Source: Harriotta raleighana (taxonomy: Eukaryota). Taken from it: 64,000 nt of DNA. Below the pieces are notes generated by a model. It worked only from the letters and a program-made list of their open reading frames with translations, did no database searches and was not told the origin of the DNA. Location of the stretch: positions 10,012,618 to 10,076,617 of the forward strand of contig JBNZDD010013726.1 of NCBI GenBank assembly GCA_050575255.1, written 5' to 3'. Both the position numbers and the translations under genes were made by a program. This document shows, piece by piece, positions 1 to 12,939 of this stretch. Within the stretch, counting starts at the first letter, position 1. Each line of letters starts with the position of its first letter.

Positions 1-1477
1 CAGGAGCCAGTTACAGTGTGATATTGCCAGAAGCTTAATGACAAGTCGTCGGCTTCCTGCCTTCTTGGCTGATAATGGTCGCTGGTGAAGAGGGACTGTG
101 TCACTGACCTTTAATTTTGTCCCAAATTTAAATTTTGGCACTGGTAAATAGCCATTGGTAAGGGACTGATATCAGCCACGTAAATATATAAGCTTCACAT
201 TTCGTACATTGATCCCAATGCAAAATCTGGAATATTTTCAGAATTGACGGTGCTTGGAAGAAAATCATTTAATAAATGGTCTCTTTATCGCTTGACTATA
301 ATATGAAGCAAATGTGGCAACTGTGAAGAACTGTAGCTTTGAGGGCTTTTTTATTTAACGCTGAACTGAATTTTCATCATTTGAGATGAGCTATAAGGTC
401 ATTCTGACACCAATGTAGAAAAGAAACAAATTTAGGCTGTACAATTTGTGCAACATGAGAGATTTATAGAAATTTTTTCACTGTTGGACAGTTAATCCAA
501 CCACTATTTCTGTACAATTGCAATGAACTTTTCGAAAAGTGCTTACACATCATGTCTTTATAAATGTATATATATAAAAGTAATGCAAACTTACAACAGA
601 TATAAACTGTCACTAGTAAAGATCAGTGTGAAAATAATAACTTTTCTGATCTCAGGTCGAAAATGACTTGACGTTAAGGACCGGGAATATAAGAAAGTAA
701 TTTTAGTGATCTTTCAAAAATTATAGTTTCACCGTAGTACAGTATTAATTCAAAGGAAGATTAAAGTATAACACAATTCTATGTAAATGTTAAAAAATCA
801 TCTTTCCGAGACAAGTTGGTGTTTTGGATTCCTTAACCAAGTCCAGCTCTGAGCCCTGGATAATCAGACCTCCCATAGTAGACATTAACTGGTTGAGAGG
901 CACTCTGGTATGTAACGCAGGGAACAATACTGGGAAGGGAGCCAAAGTAGGAATACTGGCGCCTGGAACCTAGGGATTTGCCTCCTAGTAATAATACAAC
1001 TTGAACGAGGCCTAGCAGTTCTGTTAGGTTGGAAATGGCATACTGTGATCAATGCCTTTGCCAAAGGGATTTAAATTGGGGGAAAGGCTGGCAAGTCAAA
1101 ATCTTCCAGTTTTCATACTGTGTGCTGAATTGAGCGCAGGAAATAAAAATAAAGGGGGTGAAATACAGCAGTCTATTAAATGCTATATCATGAATGCAAC
1201 CTTGAAGTGATTTTTTTTTTTTTTTCTGATCATGCTTTGCCACCCAGAAAGCACAGACATAAAACAGAAAGTTAAAACTGCTGTCATTCAGAGAAAGGCA
1301 CGCAAACATGAAATTATTGACAGGAGCTCTAAAAATGACAGCAGTAGAAATTGTGCAGTTGAATCTATTCCCCAAGTACCTGAACCATATAATGTTCTTA
1401 TTAATTCTATTTGGAATTGTTAAAATAAGTGAGGTTACAGGCTGAAGAAGAGACCCGGTTTCCTCATGAATACTTAC

Positions 1478-1570
1478 CTTGCTTCTTCCCCGGTGTCCTT
1501 GGGCTGTCATGGCCAACCTTTGAAGCTGTATCTGATTATCCATGCAGCAATTAATCATAATTAAGCAGGG
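1478..1570 (-). other. Candidate 93-nt exon of unknown transcript
   Basis: Minus strand: pyrimidine tract ccctccctctacctttccaattctcAG, 93 nt open in phase 0 (PCLIMINCCMDNQIQLQRLAMTAQGHRGRSK), then strong donor AAG|GTAAGT. Peptide not recognised. Confidence 0.25.
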
Positions 1571-2739
1571 CTGAGAATTGGAAAGGTAGAGGGAGGGTGG
1601 CTGTAGATCTGGCATTCATCCTGAGCAGACTCTGTTCCCTTTTGGCTTGAGGACCACTTGTTTGGTTCCATGTTTTTTAGAAAATGACCCCCCTGTGATA
1701 TGTCCCATTTGTGTTTTGGTAATCCTGGCTGAACCTGGTTCCAAAGCACTTGAATTTGTGCCACGTCCAAGAAGGAAAAAGAGCTGGAAATAAATTACAT
1801 TCCCGGTGCCAAATGACTTAAATTAAACATTTAAAATACAATGTTTTTTTGTTGACAAAAAACTAATATCCACCAAAACACTTACATCATATTAAAGGTT
1901 GCCTCAGTGATTATAAATACAAGTACTGTTTCATTTTCATCATACTGTATTTCTTTGTTATCTCGCTTGGTGCCTTTTTTAATCCATGAGTATTCATTCC
2001 AGAACAAAATTTACATTAGAAAGCAGGAGAAAAATGTTTTGATTCAAAATAAATACCTTTTGTCACATGACATTTGTCATTTTCTTTGCTCCCTTTTTTC
2101 ATTCAATGAGTGTTTTTCTACAGTGGCATTTATATTATGTTTGGCTAAGCATGAGGAAAAATAAGTAGTTTTTCAAATATATTTAGCTGCTCAACCTTAC
2201 CCCCCCCCCTTACCCCCAAATTGAACAAATTTAATTTTTTCAAACATTTTAGCTCGATTTTCGTGATGGCGTAGATTTATTATGTATTTGGAGCATTAAA
2301 AGCATAAGTAAACGATAATTTATTAGAATCTGCTCTATTTTGAAACCTGCAGATTGGTCTCATCTGTAATAAGCCATTAACAGCCAATGAATAAAAAGGA
2401 TTCAGTGATCCATTGAAGAAGGGATTTCCTGACCCTTGATGGAGAAAAAAATAATTGTCTATAAAAATGCAAATATTAATACTGTATACTGTGATTTGGC
2501 AACATTTAGAAAACATAATATTTAGACACTAATAGGAGTCCTAGCTGCTTTGTAAGTGAAATCCATCTGCAGGAAATTTTCAGGAAATGCACATGTTCAC
2601 ACTCTAAGTAAATAATACTCGACATTGAAAACTCTCGAGAGGAAGGCGAGTGTTGAAAAGTTGTCTCGCAGACTGCAGGGATTTAAGAAGTATTAGTAAT
2701 GTTAATATTGTGCCTTATCGAGGATTTTAGTTTATTAAT

Positions 2740-3000
2740 AATATTGATTATTGTTATAACAATATACAGTATTTTACTGCCCAGTTCACAGTAGAATATG
2801 GGCGGGAGCTTTTATAATTAACACTGTTAGAAAATGACATGGAGGCTGGGCACGAGGGCTGAATCAAAATGAATTTGAAGTAGGGGAATATAATCGTAGC
2901 TGTTTTAAGTATAAGATTTAATAGCTTAATTTGATTGGAGGTTAGATAATTTATTATTCAATTACAAGATTCTCAAATCACACGGTTTCATTCAACTTCT
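2740..3000 (+). mobile_element. Highly decayed CR1-like LINE ORF2 C-terminal remnant
   Basis: Translation DNLLFNYKILKSHGF resembles the CR1 motif GDLIEVYKILKG; frames disrupted. Confidence 0.3.
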
Positions 3001-3224
3001 AATGCACCAGCATCTGGTGTTTAATAACATAAACAATAAGAATAAAACCAAACCCTTATACTTTTCTGAATGAAGAATATAAATAGGAAATAATATCTGG
3101 AATGTAGTTTGCTATGAATTCATATTAGACATTTATATCCTAAAAAGCACATTATACACCCTTTACATACGTTGGTTTGATTCCCAGCAGAGTGAAACAT
3201 TGTGCAAATTTCCTTATTCCAGAC

Positions 3225-3445
3225 GCCGCTGTTTATCTGAGCTCTAAGTGGGAACCTGTTCATTAATCGGTGGATCGCTTTTCTGGAGGTAATAAACCCT
3301 TTTAAAAAAAATTGGTAAATCAATCCACGAATGTATAGTCACTCAGTTTACAGTATATTCTGTAAACGCTGTGAAGGGGTTTTGAGATACCCCAAAGACG
3401 TGATTAGGTGCTATATCAAATGCCATATTTGATTATAGCTATTAT
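3225..3445 (+). mobile_element. SINE fragment (core plus L2-like tail), same family as 30933-31290
   Basis: ctgtttatctgagctctaagtgggaacc...ggtggatcgcttttctggaggtaataa core, then tail cagtatattctgt...ttttgagata...gtgctatatcaaatgc matching other copies in the window. Confidence 0.7.
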
Positions 3446-3729
3446 TATAAAAAGCATTGTCATTAATATTGATGGGATAAAACATAATTTGGGGGGTAAA
3501 TAATGCCAACAGACTGTTTTCTGGAAAGGAAATACAGGAAACTGACAATACTACAATGCATTCTGGAACTACGTTAGAGAGATCACAGTTATCTCCTTAC
3601 ATCCATGTCAAGTCAAATGAATCATAAGCAGAAACAATAATACATGCATTGTGCGGGGTGTTTCAATGACTGAGTGAGTAGTAGAAGAAAATGGAGAAAG
3701 ATAGCCAGCCAAGTAAGAAGGACACAGCA

Positions 3730-4110
3730 ATATTTTCTCATTTAGTGTGAGTGAGTTCAGTTGAAAGTGGTGTCATCAATAGAGATTTATGCATTATGGA
3801 ATCTGTTGGAATAAACTGTTATGGTTTTACATGCACTTTATATCATGAAAAGTTGCGTGGGGTTTTAAATACATTTGAAGATGGGAAGCACACCATTTCT
3901 TATGGAAAGAGTGTGCCTGATGCCTTTAGGGATAACAACCTTTGGTTAAAATATTACAGTGTAATGTATATAATGGTGCACAGTTTATTTTGAGAAACAT
4001 TTGACTCCACAGGGGTTGATCATTCAGTCAAAATTCATTGTCATCAAATAAAAAGGTTGACACAGTGCTTGAAACCAAGCGCTGTCTTTAGGTCCAGTAT
4101 TCTCCTTTGT
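3730..4110 (-). mobile_element. Very old non-LTR retrotransposon RT fossil (CR1/L2/Crack group)
   Basis: Minus strand gives, in order, ILDLKTA..., KVVIPKGIRHTLSIRNGV..., LFMI*, ISIDDTTF, paralleling LDLxKAFD / QxVVI..GVPQG / LFxIY / YADDTTL. Confidence 0.45.
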
Positions 4111-4419
4111 TAACTGATGATATAAGGACAGTGAAATCCAATTTACAGTGGATTTATGAAGTGGCAATGAGCTGTCACGTAAATGCAAAGTTTAGTTGAC
4201 GTTGTAATAAAAAATAATTTTGACTTTGCGGAATGCTTGGTGCTCCTGGCACACATGATGTGAGGACAAATTCAACAGTAACCTGTGTGAGAATTTTGTA
4301 GACAAACTGCATGCGTTTGGAAGTCGAGGTAGGGTGTTGGCAATCATGTAAAACTCCACCTCTGTTCATGCCAGGGGAAGAAAAAAAGTAATACAGTGAT
4401 AATTCTTCTTATTAATTTA

Positions 4420-4585
4420 CTTTGAAGAGATTATATTACTCCATGAGAAGTGATCCGCCAATTGACTAACAGTCGGGTTACCTACTTACTACTGGGTAAA
4501 CAGAGGCGTGTGGAGTTAGAAAACTTGCCCACTGTTTTGCCCTCCAATTCGCTGGTGAGACGAGGGCTTTAACCACAATAGGAGG
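4420..4585 (-). mobile_element. tRNA-derived SINE, head and core (family of 30933-31290)
   Basis: Reverse complement tgtggttaaagccctcgtctcacc...gggcaagttttctaactccacacgcctctgtttacccagtagtaagtaggtaacccgactgttagtcaattggcgga aligns with the copies at 30933 and 33461. Confidence 0.7.
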
Positions 4586-4829
4586 CCATATATGACCCAG
4601 GAGGGAGGTCCCAAAATGTCAATTGTAGCTAATTGTGTTAAGTCCGGGAGAGCAGTGAAAAGACATGAATAGTTGTCAATGTGATTACATCCAGTAAATG
4701 AGGTGAGGACATTTTGCATCATTAAATTCCACCCCATTCCCCCCCACCCCCGCCGCCCGGCAGACAGGATAAGAAAATACTGTATGCACATTATGGCTAT
4801 GTAGATTCAACACATACCATTTACAGGTA

Positions 4830-5010
4830 TTACTACTTGATGGTGTGTAGAACGTCCTTCCTGGAACCCTCTCCTGTTGTCCTACTATTGTTGAAGAAAT
4901 AGTACGGATTGAAAGTACCAAATGACGAACAATCCTTTAAAAATATCAACAGCTCATTGGAAACAGCGGTTTCGATATTCAACACAGAAGTTTCAAGACA
5001 AAGCAAGTCC
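4830..5010 (-). mobile_element. Decayed LINE ORF2 C-terminal remnant
   Basis: Minus-strand peptides EYRNR..DIFKG / NPYYFFNNSRTTG resemble LExRR.RGDLI..FKI...FF...TRGH. Confidence 0.3.
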
Positions 5011-7439
5011 TCGGGCGGGCGGGGGGGGGAGACTAAGTCAATGGAATCCTCTATGTAGTTGGAACAGATCCAATTCACAGTTTTCATCAACACCCCCAAG
5101 TGTTTTCAAAATATGATGTGCTTTTAATGAAGTTGTGTGAGAAAACAGCAGAAGTGTCATTCGAAGAAGAAATGCCCTAACCTGAATCTGTTCTGTCTTG
5201 GTTTCATTTCGTAACTGTGGTCACTTGTCGGTCAGCAATCACTGACAAGACTTGTTGGTCACAATACAGGAATTCACAATCAATTCTCAATGCAATGCAG
5301 ATAGGAGTGTATTTCGCATTACGTCTAGTACCTATTGCTCCAAGATGTTGCAAGGAAACTACATAATAATACTGTTTGCAAAACTATCTATAATTGTCTA
5401 TCAGTCTAGATTCAGTCAATTGGAATTTGAAAGCGAACCTAGCAACGTTTAAAACCGTTGGTTTTGCAAATCATTGATGCTGCTCTGGTATCTATTTTTT
5501 TTAAGTGAAAATACAACGTTAATTTAATCTAACTATTCAGTTTTCTGTGGATAGACATTTGTGAAAATATTCTAACTGATTTGTTGATCTGAAACAAAAA
5601 TAAAAGTAACTCCAATGCAGCAATTCCAAGTTTTATTCGCAAAAAATAGTCTTGTTTGGGTCAGTTCAGCGACACCTTTCTTTTGCAAAATAGTGCAATC
5701 CGTTTTCTACTTTCCTTGTCCACACGATTCCCTGTAGCCTGGCATCTGGTATCTGTAACTTTCACCATATCAATAAGGTTCGTGGCTTGTAATTCGTATG
5801 CCCAATGCTCTCATGAAACATGTGGAGATCCAGGCCATCCAGTTAGGAATAGCCAATCCCCGATGGTTTTGTTTGGAAACACTGTGTTACAGCAAACAAT
5901 TGAGTTTAGGTTGAGTCAGTGTTCCCTCGTGTTTTTGGCTGTGTACGTGGTTTCCACAATGCACGTATGTTACCTAAGCAGGGCACCCGATTCACCCATA
6001 ATGTTGTATGGCTGGGACATGAATGACGCTGTTCAATACTGTACTGGCAGAAAGAGTCTATAATCAAGAGGAACTACTTCTATATATATATATAAATGTC
6101 ATGTATGTTTAAAATTCCCAATTTAAAACAAAACAAACATGCTGACAAGGGGTTACATCAAATGATTCAACCTTGAAACATTGAGACAATTTAGAAAAAA
6201 GCAACGGATAAGTTTGGTTTGTAGAAGAAATCACCTGGAAGTAAAAGTTTCCCTGTTCTGAGAGAGAGAAAAAAAAATATCATGTGAAAAAAAAACTAGA
6301 AATACTTGTACATATAAAGAATACACTTTCCTGTTGGATTCATATTTAAATTGTTACAGTACCTGAACAATATATTCTGAATATACCATGAGTGAAAGAA
6401 TATTTGGAAGAAACGAAGAACAGCACTTTGTGTTTTGGTTTAAGTAGAATAGTTGCGAAAGATGAGCTTTGAGATTTTGTTAGATATTGTCTTCCAATAG
6501 GTTCAAAAGTCATATCTGTTACTGTTCCCTCTCAGGTCATCACCGAATACTAGAGAATCAGATTTACAGCCTCTTTCAATCAATCAGATGCATTGACTTT
6601 TGCTCCCCCCCACCCCCCGCCAACCCCCGCACACTACCCCCACCACCTTACACACATACACGCTCAACGCTTGCAGGATTTCAATGTATAAATCTTACCC
6701 ACACAGCTACCACATATCAATTGCATACTCCATAATTCGTTCTTATTTTTATAAAGGACCTACCTTTGTGGTACCAGTCACAGATGCTAGCCACAAATCA
6801 ACTTGTTGCAAGATGTTAACTGCACACGTGAGGATTGTAAAGCACACAAAATGGCTGTGCACATTTACTGCTGTTGCATATTAGGTGGCGTAGCAACAGG
6901 GTGCAGCCAGAGGCAATAGTAACGAGGGCAAATGTCTCACACAGTTTCCTCTGGTGGTTGCTGTGAGCATAAAAATAACTGGAGAATATGTGTCGGGATG
7001 TTGTGGGGCGAAATCCAAAGCATTCCAGTGGCCTAGTACATGCTTCAGCAACCTGATGGTGGTTAATCTGTATTTGATCTTGTGTACACATCTGGATCAG
7101 AATTATACAGGCAGCAGAAACAATTTGTAAAGCTTTGACATTGATATTCCAATCAGAGTGATTTTTTTTGTTGAGTGCAGCTGCAGCTCTGTTGTGTATC
7201 TGACATAAAGATGGAGATCTTGCAGAAGTATACATGATTTTGTGGCGCTGGTCTGTTTATAATGTTAGTAATGGCCTTTATTCTGCAATGCTGCAGTGTA
7301 TGTGACCTCTTGATGATTCTGCTTATTGTTAAATCTAAGAGCAAAATACTGCTATTCCCTGAAGCAATCAAATAGATAATGATATTTTATTGCTGGATAG
7401 ATACATATTGCATACATAAAGTTGGCTAAGGACAAAATG

Positions 7440-7560
7440 CATGGAATAAGAAGATCATTTGGACCAACATCTTTAAACGGAAGATAAGCAGATAGTTTGG
7501 GATATTAGTGTTGAAGCGTATGATGCAAGAGCAGGGCATTGGGATTAAAGAGACCTGCTA
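7440..7560 (+). mobile_element. CR1 3' end fragment
   Basis: atctttaaacggaagataagcaga...gaagcgtatgatgcaagagcagggcattgggattaa resembles the CR1 3' ends at 29960 and 42575. Confidence 0.4.
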
Positions 7561-7847
7561 AGATATAATAACAACATAATACAGTACTGTACTTGCATTT
7601 AATGAAAACAGTCCCCAAATCTCCATTATTAAAATCTGGATTCCCTTAACTCCAAAACAACATGAGGAGATTACATTGGAGGGAAGAAGGCTGTCTTTGA
7701 AAAGCAGTGATATGGGATGTATTCTCAAATACTAAACCTTTTCACCATTGTTAGCAATTACAACTCCTCCAATCTGGTATCAACAACCAACATGATTAAG
7801 CTTGTTTGCATCTTCATTTCCAAATGCTTTATGTAGAAAAGAAACGA

Positions 7848-7925
7848 TGATAATATTAATATTCCTTGTATTTAATGTCGCACCTTTCTTGTTGAGAGGA
7901 CATTTCAACGCTCTTTACAGGATAA
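7848..7925 (-). mobile_element. SINE/L2-type 3' tail
   Basis: ataatattaatattccttgtatttaatgtcgcacctttc...tttcaacgctctttacag is the reverse of the common tail. Confidence 0.55.
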
Positions 7926-8439
7926 ACTGTGAGCTGCCCCAAGCCTGAAACTGTTAATTACAAAGTGAAACTTTGCTCATTTCCAGCCAAATCCACATCT
8001 TGGTAGATGTTTCCTCATGTTATGTCTCTTGAATGTGTCACAGAATCCATGGATTTGCTAAAATCCTTATATGCAAATATCCAGAGTTCCTCTTTTCACC
8101 ATGCACAATGGTAATAGATTTGTTAGGCAAGACTTCCCTTCCATTAATGTTATACTGGCTCTCTCTTATTCTATATCTAGTTAAAAATGTCATTGTCCTC
8201 TCCTTCGTCTCAACCTTCCAACACCATTCTTAAATATTTTGCATTTTTATTAATGAATAAATTTATCAACACAGCATTATTAATTTTTTCATCCAATATA
8301 ATTGGGCTTGCGCTAATATAGCTTGTATGTGGAGGGAAACCAATTCTAATATCTACTCTTACTTGAAGCTCTGTTTACTTTTAAATCTCCACTTACTGGT
8401 TCAAGTATCATTTCTTCTTTTATTGACTCACTCACCGTA

Positions 8440-8850
8440 GCTCGGGTGGAAAGTCAAGTTAAACCCAACAAATGTTTGTTGAAGTGAAGTGTTCTTGAAG
8501 GTAAATAAGCATTCTCCAGTCCAATATCACGATTTCGCCTGCGAAAGCTTGCAGTGATTCAGCCATTGCTTTTCTTTCAGATGAAGAGTTAAGCAATCTG
8601 CAGGTAATGCCATTGTCAGCAAATATAACAATAACACTTTTGATGGTGTGGCAGGTGAGCAGCTGGTCGTTGATGAAGATGATGAACAGATTGAGGCCAA
8701 GCAACTTCCCTAGGGGACCTGTGCAGAGGTGCTGTTATAAAAAGATGAACATCCATTTATTATGACCCAGTGCCTTACGTCCTCTGAGAAAGTCATGTAT
8801 CCAATTCAAATTTCACCAAATATATCAAAGGAATTCAGTTTTGTAACAAG
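8440..8850 (-). mobile_element. Decayed non-LTR RT domain (CR1/Crack-like)
   Basis: Minus strand: KLNSFDIFG, WIHDFLRGRK, VIINGCSS...QVP*GS, LGLNLFIIFINDQL, VIFADNG; collinear with WI..FL.GR.QRV.ING..GVPQGSVLGPLLF.IFINDL..FADD, with stops and frameshifts. Confidence 0.75.
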
Positions 8851-9859
8851 TTACAATAACCTAACCTACCTCACATTCCTCTACCCAGTAAAATTGGAAA
8901 GTTAATCCAGTTTAACACATTTTTAACGGAACAATAATGAAACCGCACTTTTTCCTAAATGCCACCTGCGACAGATGTCATTTTAAATAGAGTTAATGAA
9001 AACCGAGCAAAATGGCAAGGCAGTTTCAATAACACTGTCAACTTGTAGCATTTCATAATCTGATTATTTAATAAGGAATCCTGTTAGAGTTCACAATGGA
9101 CGGACACAGATCACGTGGGATTAGTTTCTATACTTGCCATGACCGGTTATCAGAAGGAATCCTGGTTTGTACCATTTGGATTCCTTATTGGGTATTATTG
9201 GTACCAAATTTCAGCAAATTAGCCCCCGATGTGTAGTTCACACCTAAAATGGCTTTTGAGCCAACTGAGTTGAGTTGTGTTTTTTTTTATATAAAAAAAA
9301 AGGTCCATGTGAAGCACGAGCATTGCACAGAGGGAAATCATGTGACGAACATAGAGCTCAGAGAGCAATCGTTGATTTTCTGACCTGGAGAAATCAGACC
9401 TCAAAATGCAAATGGAGAAGGGGAAGGTTTTGGTGGTACGTGAGGGGGAATGTGACTGCTATCTCACAGGGCATGAGAATGTTTGAAACACATTAGTTAA
9501 ATACACTGCTAGAATGATATACTTAACAGCAAGGGAAATACCACATCATAGAATTTCTTTTTTTTTAAAAAAAAGGATTGGCCTTTGAAAAGATGAGGGT
9601 AAACTATAGTAAAAATGAACAGAATCCAGGATTCGTGCTGTTTCTGAATTGTAATATATACATATTTGAAAACTACACTACTGGGATTAAATATGTGCAT
9701 TTAACTCTATTAGAAAACTGAAATGATGAGAACTATGCCTCAAGGTTTGTGATACTGGATTAGGTCCAAAGTGTTCCTGATAAGTGTGCTCCATAGAGGA
9801 TCGATGTTGTTGGGTTGCTTCACTGCATGTTGAAAAACTTTCTTCTTCATTCTACATTT

Positions 9860-10130
9860 TCTCCCAGCGGTAACCAGTTTTAGTATCATCACAATGATAA
9901 ACTCCTGGCCAATCTTTCCGCTTAACTGGATGTGAGACAGCAGGCCAAGATTATTTATTTTCAGAGATAAATCGATAGGAGGCACAAGCTACCATAAGAG
10001 GTGATAAGGGACCAGGACACTGGACTCATTTAAGATCAGTTTAATGATGTTTTGGGTGGATGGTAAGATTTCTGTTGTGGAAAGATGAGATCAAATGGCT
10101 GAGGTTCCTCTTTGATTCTTACTTCTAAGG
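9860..10130 (+). mobile_element. Decayed CR1-like LINE 3' end
   Basis: HNDKLLANLS...YFQR...HKLP*EVI...FKISL-type pieces resemble RGH..KL...FFS.RV...WN.LP.EVV...FK..LD. Confidence 0.45.
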
Positions 10131-11214
10131 GGATAACTTGTATCTCTTGAGAATTCTTGCCGAGGCTTGTTTTTTTTTAATTGGGACAAATCTTTGACAC
10201 AAAGCTTGAAAATGTGCTTTCCCTATTTTCCGGGAACGTCTGATCTTTCCCATCAACAAAAAAAAAACATTCTTGATTATTAGTTGTTGTGTTAGTGAAC
10301 CTTTCATTAAACCAAGTCAATGGATCAATTTTAATTCATGTTATAGCGGTTGAAATGTGTTATAGTTTTGACCCTCTTGCACAGATCCTACTTGAGAATC
10401 GCTATTTAAACAAATGTGTAGATAACCTGAATTAAATATTGAATTATTATAATAACTTGGTACAAACATTGAAATTTGATGCACAATTGAAATTAATGGA
10501 GTGTATCTGTTGTCAAATAAGTTAGAGGAGTCTCCACTCCGTGATTTAAAACCAAAGAGCCTTTACATCTGCCAAAATAAGGTAAGGTATCGCATTTGAT
10601 TGACTTGTTTCACATACAGTATCCCAAGCAATTTATGTAGACCTCTCATTAGGGAAGGTGGATGTAATTATATCATTTACATTAGAAATTACAGTAACGA
10701 GAACAAAATGGTGCCATATGGCAAAGAAAATGTCAGTAAATACATAACAATAATAATTATAGATTGCTCTTAAGTAGAATATACCACATCCAAAAAAATG
10801 TTATCTCAACAGATTCAATTACTGAGAATCTGAAGCCTGCATCTGGAGTGGCTGTGATTCAGTCTGAAGCCGAGCCAATTAAAGCAGAAAATATAAATTA
10901 AAAAAGGTGTCACAGTATAAAAAACAATCTGAAAGTTTTTTTTAAAAATAATGACAATATTTTCCTACTCTTAGCCTACTAGAGATAGTACGAGCACCTC
11001 CTTTCATTGAGCTTTGAAAGCTAATGCTGTAATTTGTTTCTACATAGATGTTATAAATGTAGATCTTGGAAGAACTTAAGTTCAGAAAAAAAATAATGTT
11101 AATACTGTAGTAGACTGATCATAAATATAGAACATCCAACATGCTTAAATGCTGAGCGTAGGAACTGTAAGGGTGTTATTGGCTTAAAAAAGGATCCTTA
11201 TTATAAATAGTGTT

Positions 11215-11356
11215 GGCTTGTCCCAATTTACTTGTGCCTCTGAGGCAGACGAGTGCGGATTCAAGTTCCGTGTCAGGGATTTTGAATTCACGGTTTAGGT
11301 TTGCACTCCAGTGCTATAAGGGAGAGCGCTGCTTTTTGGAGGTGTGGTCTTTTAGT
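11215..11356 (+). mobile_element. Deu-type SINE 5' part (tRNA-derived head)
   Basis: gcctctgaggcagacgagtgcggattcaagttcc...cactccagtgc...gggagagcgctgc...ggaggtg..gtcttt resembles the SacSINE1-like head and start of the Deu domain. Confidence 0.6.
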
Positions 11357-12189
11357 TGGTAGACAGCAACTTTCTTGTAGAAATTTTGCAGCCGGAGGGA
11401 TTCTGAAACCTCATTGCTACCCGCCGTTGTATGTTCACACAGATCGGGGGAGTAACTTTGAGCGATAACCTCCACCATAGTTTACATGGAATAACACAGT
11501 TACACCCAGTTGTCCGTTTAAAAAAAAAACATTATGCTATTTTAATTTGGTATGATGTACTTTTCGGTGAATTCTAAAACAATGGAGGACTTCTTTTAAC
11601 AAGTGAAATTAGTTTCCCCCACCCTCCCCCCCTCCCCCCCCACTTACCCCACCTCCTTTTTGCTTCTTTTTCATTCTCATTTTTGACAGATTTGAATGCT
11701 CAGGGCAAGCTTAACCCTTTCTAAGATCTCTCACACTATCCATTCCTGTTTACCCACATCCATTTCTGCTGAGATTTAGTGACCAGAGGAATGGCTGCCA
11801 TATTATCTGAAGCAATTATTTCATTTGATAACCATCCTTTCAAACGCCATGAGAGTTCACAAAATTAATGTAAAATGGTTACATCTTCACAAAATTGCAT
11901 TGCATTGTATCAATTGGGTGCATTACGAGGGGATACCAAATGTTTTAAATGAGATATGTAAATTATATGGGAGTTATACAGGGCCTTCATGCGTGAAATA
12001 TATTCCATTTCCCACTAAGAATGTGATTCTATTTATGACAATTTTATGTTAATAATTTTGAATAGATTTGGTGGTATTATTTTGAATCCTGAATCCAGTA
12101 ACTTTAACTAGGCACTTTCGTGGAGGCTGGATAACGAGTTTGATATCCCATAATGTGGGATGGGGCTGCCGGTGGAAGTCAGAGAGAAG

Positions 12190-12390
12190 AAAATTAAAGA
12201 TCCCATCGCACTTATTTAAAGGTTATTTCTCCTTCTGTCCTGGCTAACAATCCGCCAGATAAAATTGATCATTGCTGTGTGTAATTGGCTGCTACATTTC
12301 ACCCACAAAATATACCATCAATTCACTTTACAGTGAAAGCGTGAAGAGCTTTGAGACGTCTCGAAGAATGCAAGGGTTATTATTATCATA
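12190..12390 (+). mobile_element. Deu-type SINE 3' part
   Basis: ttaaagatcccatcgcacttattt...tctcc...gtcctggctaaca (Deu core) followed by the common tail ending gcaagggttattattat. Confidence 0.7.
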
Positions 12391-12397
12391 ACTTCTT

Positions 12398-12548
12398 AGC
12401 TGTTGTGTGTGTGCAAATTGACTGCCATGTTTAGCCCCCAAAAAAAATACACAGTCACTACACATCACAGAAAGTTCTGCGAAGCGCTTTGAGACATCCT
12501 GGCAACATGGAAGTGGCAAAATGAAAAGCGAGGATTATTTATTATTGA
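12398..12548 (+). mobile_element. SINE 3' tail
   Basis: gtgcaaattgactgcc...ctgcgaagcgctttgagacatcc...gcgaggattatttattatt. Confidence 0.65.
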
Positions 12549-12599
12549 TTGCTAATGTGTGTGTAACATGCACTTCCGATGATTTTTTTTTATCCACAT

Positions 12600-12700
12600 A
12601 ATAATAATAATATTAGTCCTTGCATTTGATCTAGCGCTTTTCACATCTTATCGACGTCCCAAAATGCTTCACGGAATATACTGTATTGACTCACCATGAC
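12600..12700 (-). mobile_element. SINE 3' tail (inverted relative to neighbours)
   Basis: ataataataa...ccttgcatttgatctagcgcttttcac...gacgtcccaaaatgcttcacggaatatactgt. Confidence 0.7.
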
Positions 12701-12939
12701 GCCTACATTTTTTCTTTGCTGTATAGGTATTATAAGGAACTGGATTTGTTGTGGTTTTTTTTTAGCTTTGGTTCCTGCAAATATTTTACGTTTTTTCAAA
12801 ACAACAGATTGCCCAATACAAGGGCAACCTTTGTTAAACAGCTTCTGATATCAGGCAGGCTTCTCAGAGGGAGCTTTCATTCAAGAATCCCGTTAAAAGT
12901 TGTGCATGCTGAACTCCAGTGATAACCCCGTAGCACTCT

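Noticed and set aside
1470-1480. atacttacct resembling the U1 snRNA 5' end
   Set aside because: Downstream sequence does not match U1; it is the reverse complement of a splice donor.
1049-1615. Longest ORF (188 aa, minus strand)
   Set aside because: No recognisable domain, runs through a poly-A tract (KKKKK), composition typical of a chance ORF.
9153-9186. Small stem-loop aaggaatcc...ggattcctt
   Set aside because: Too short to separate from chance in 64 kb.
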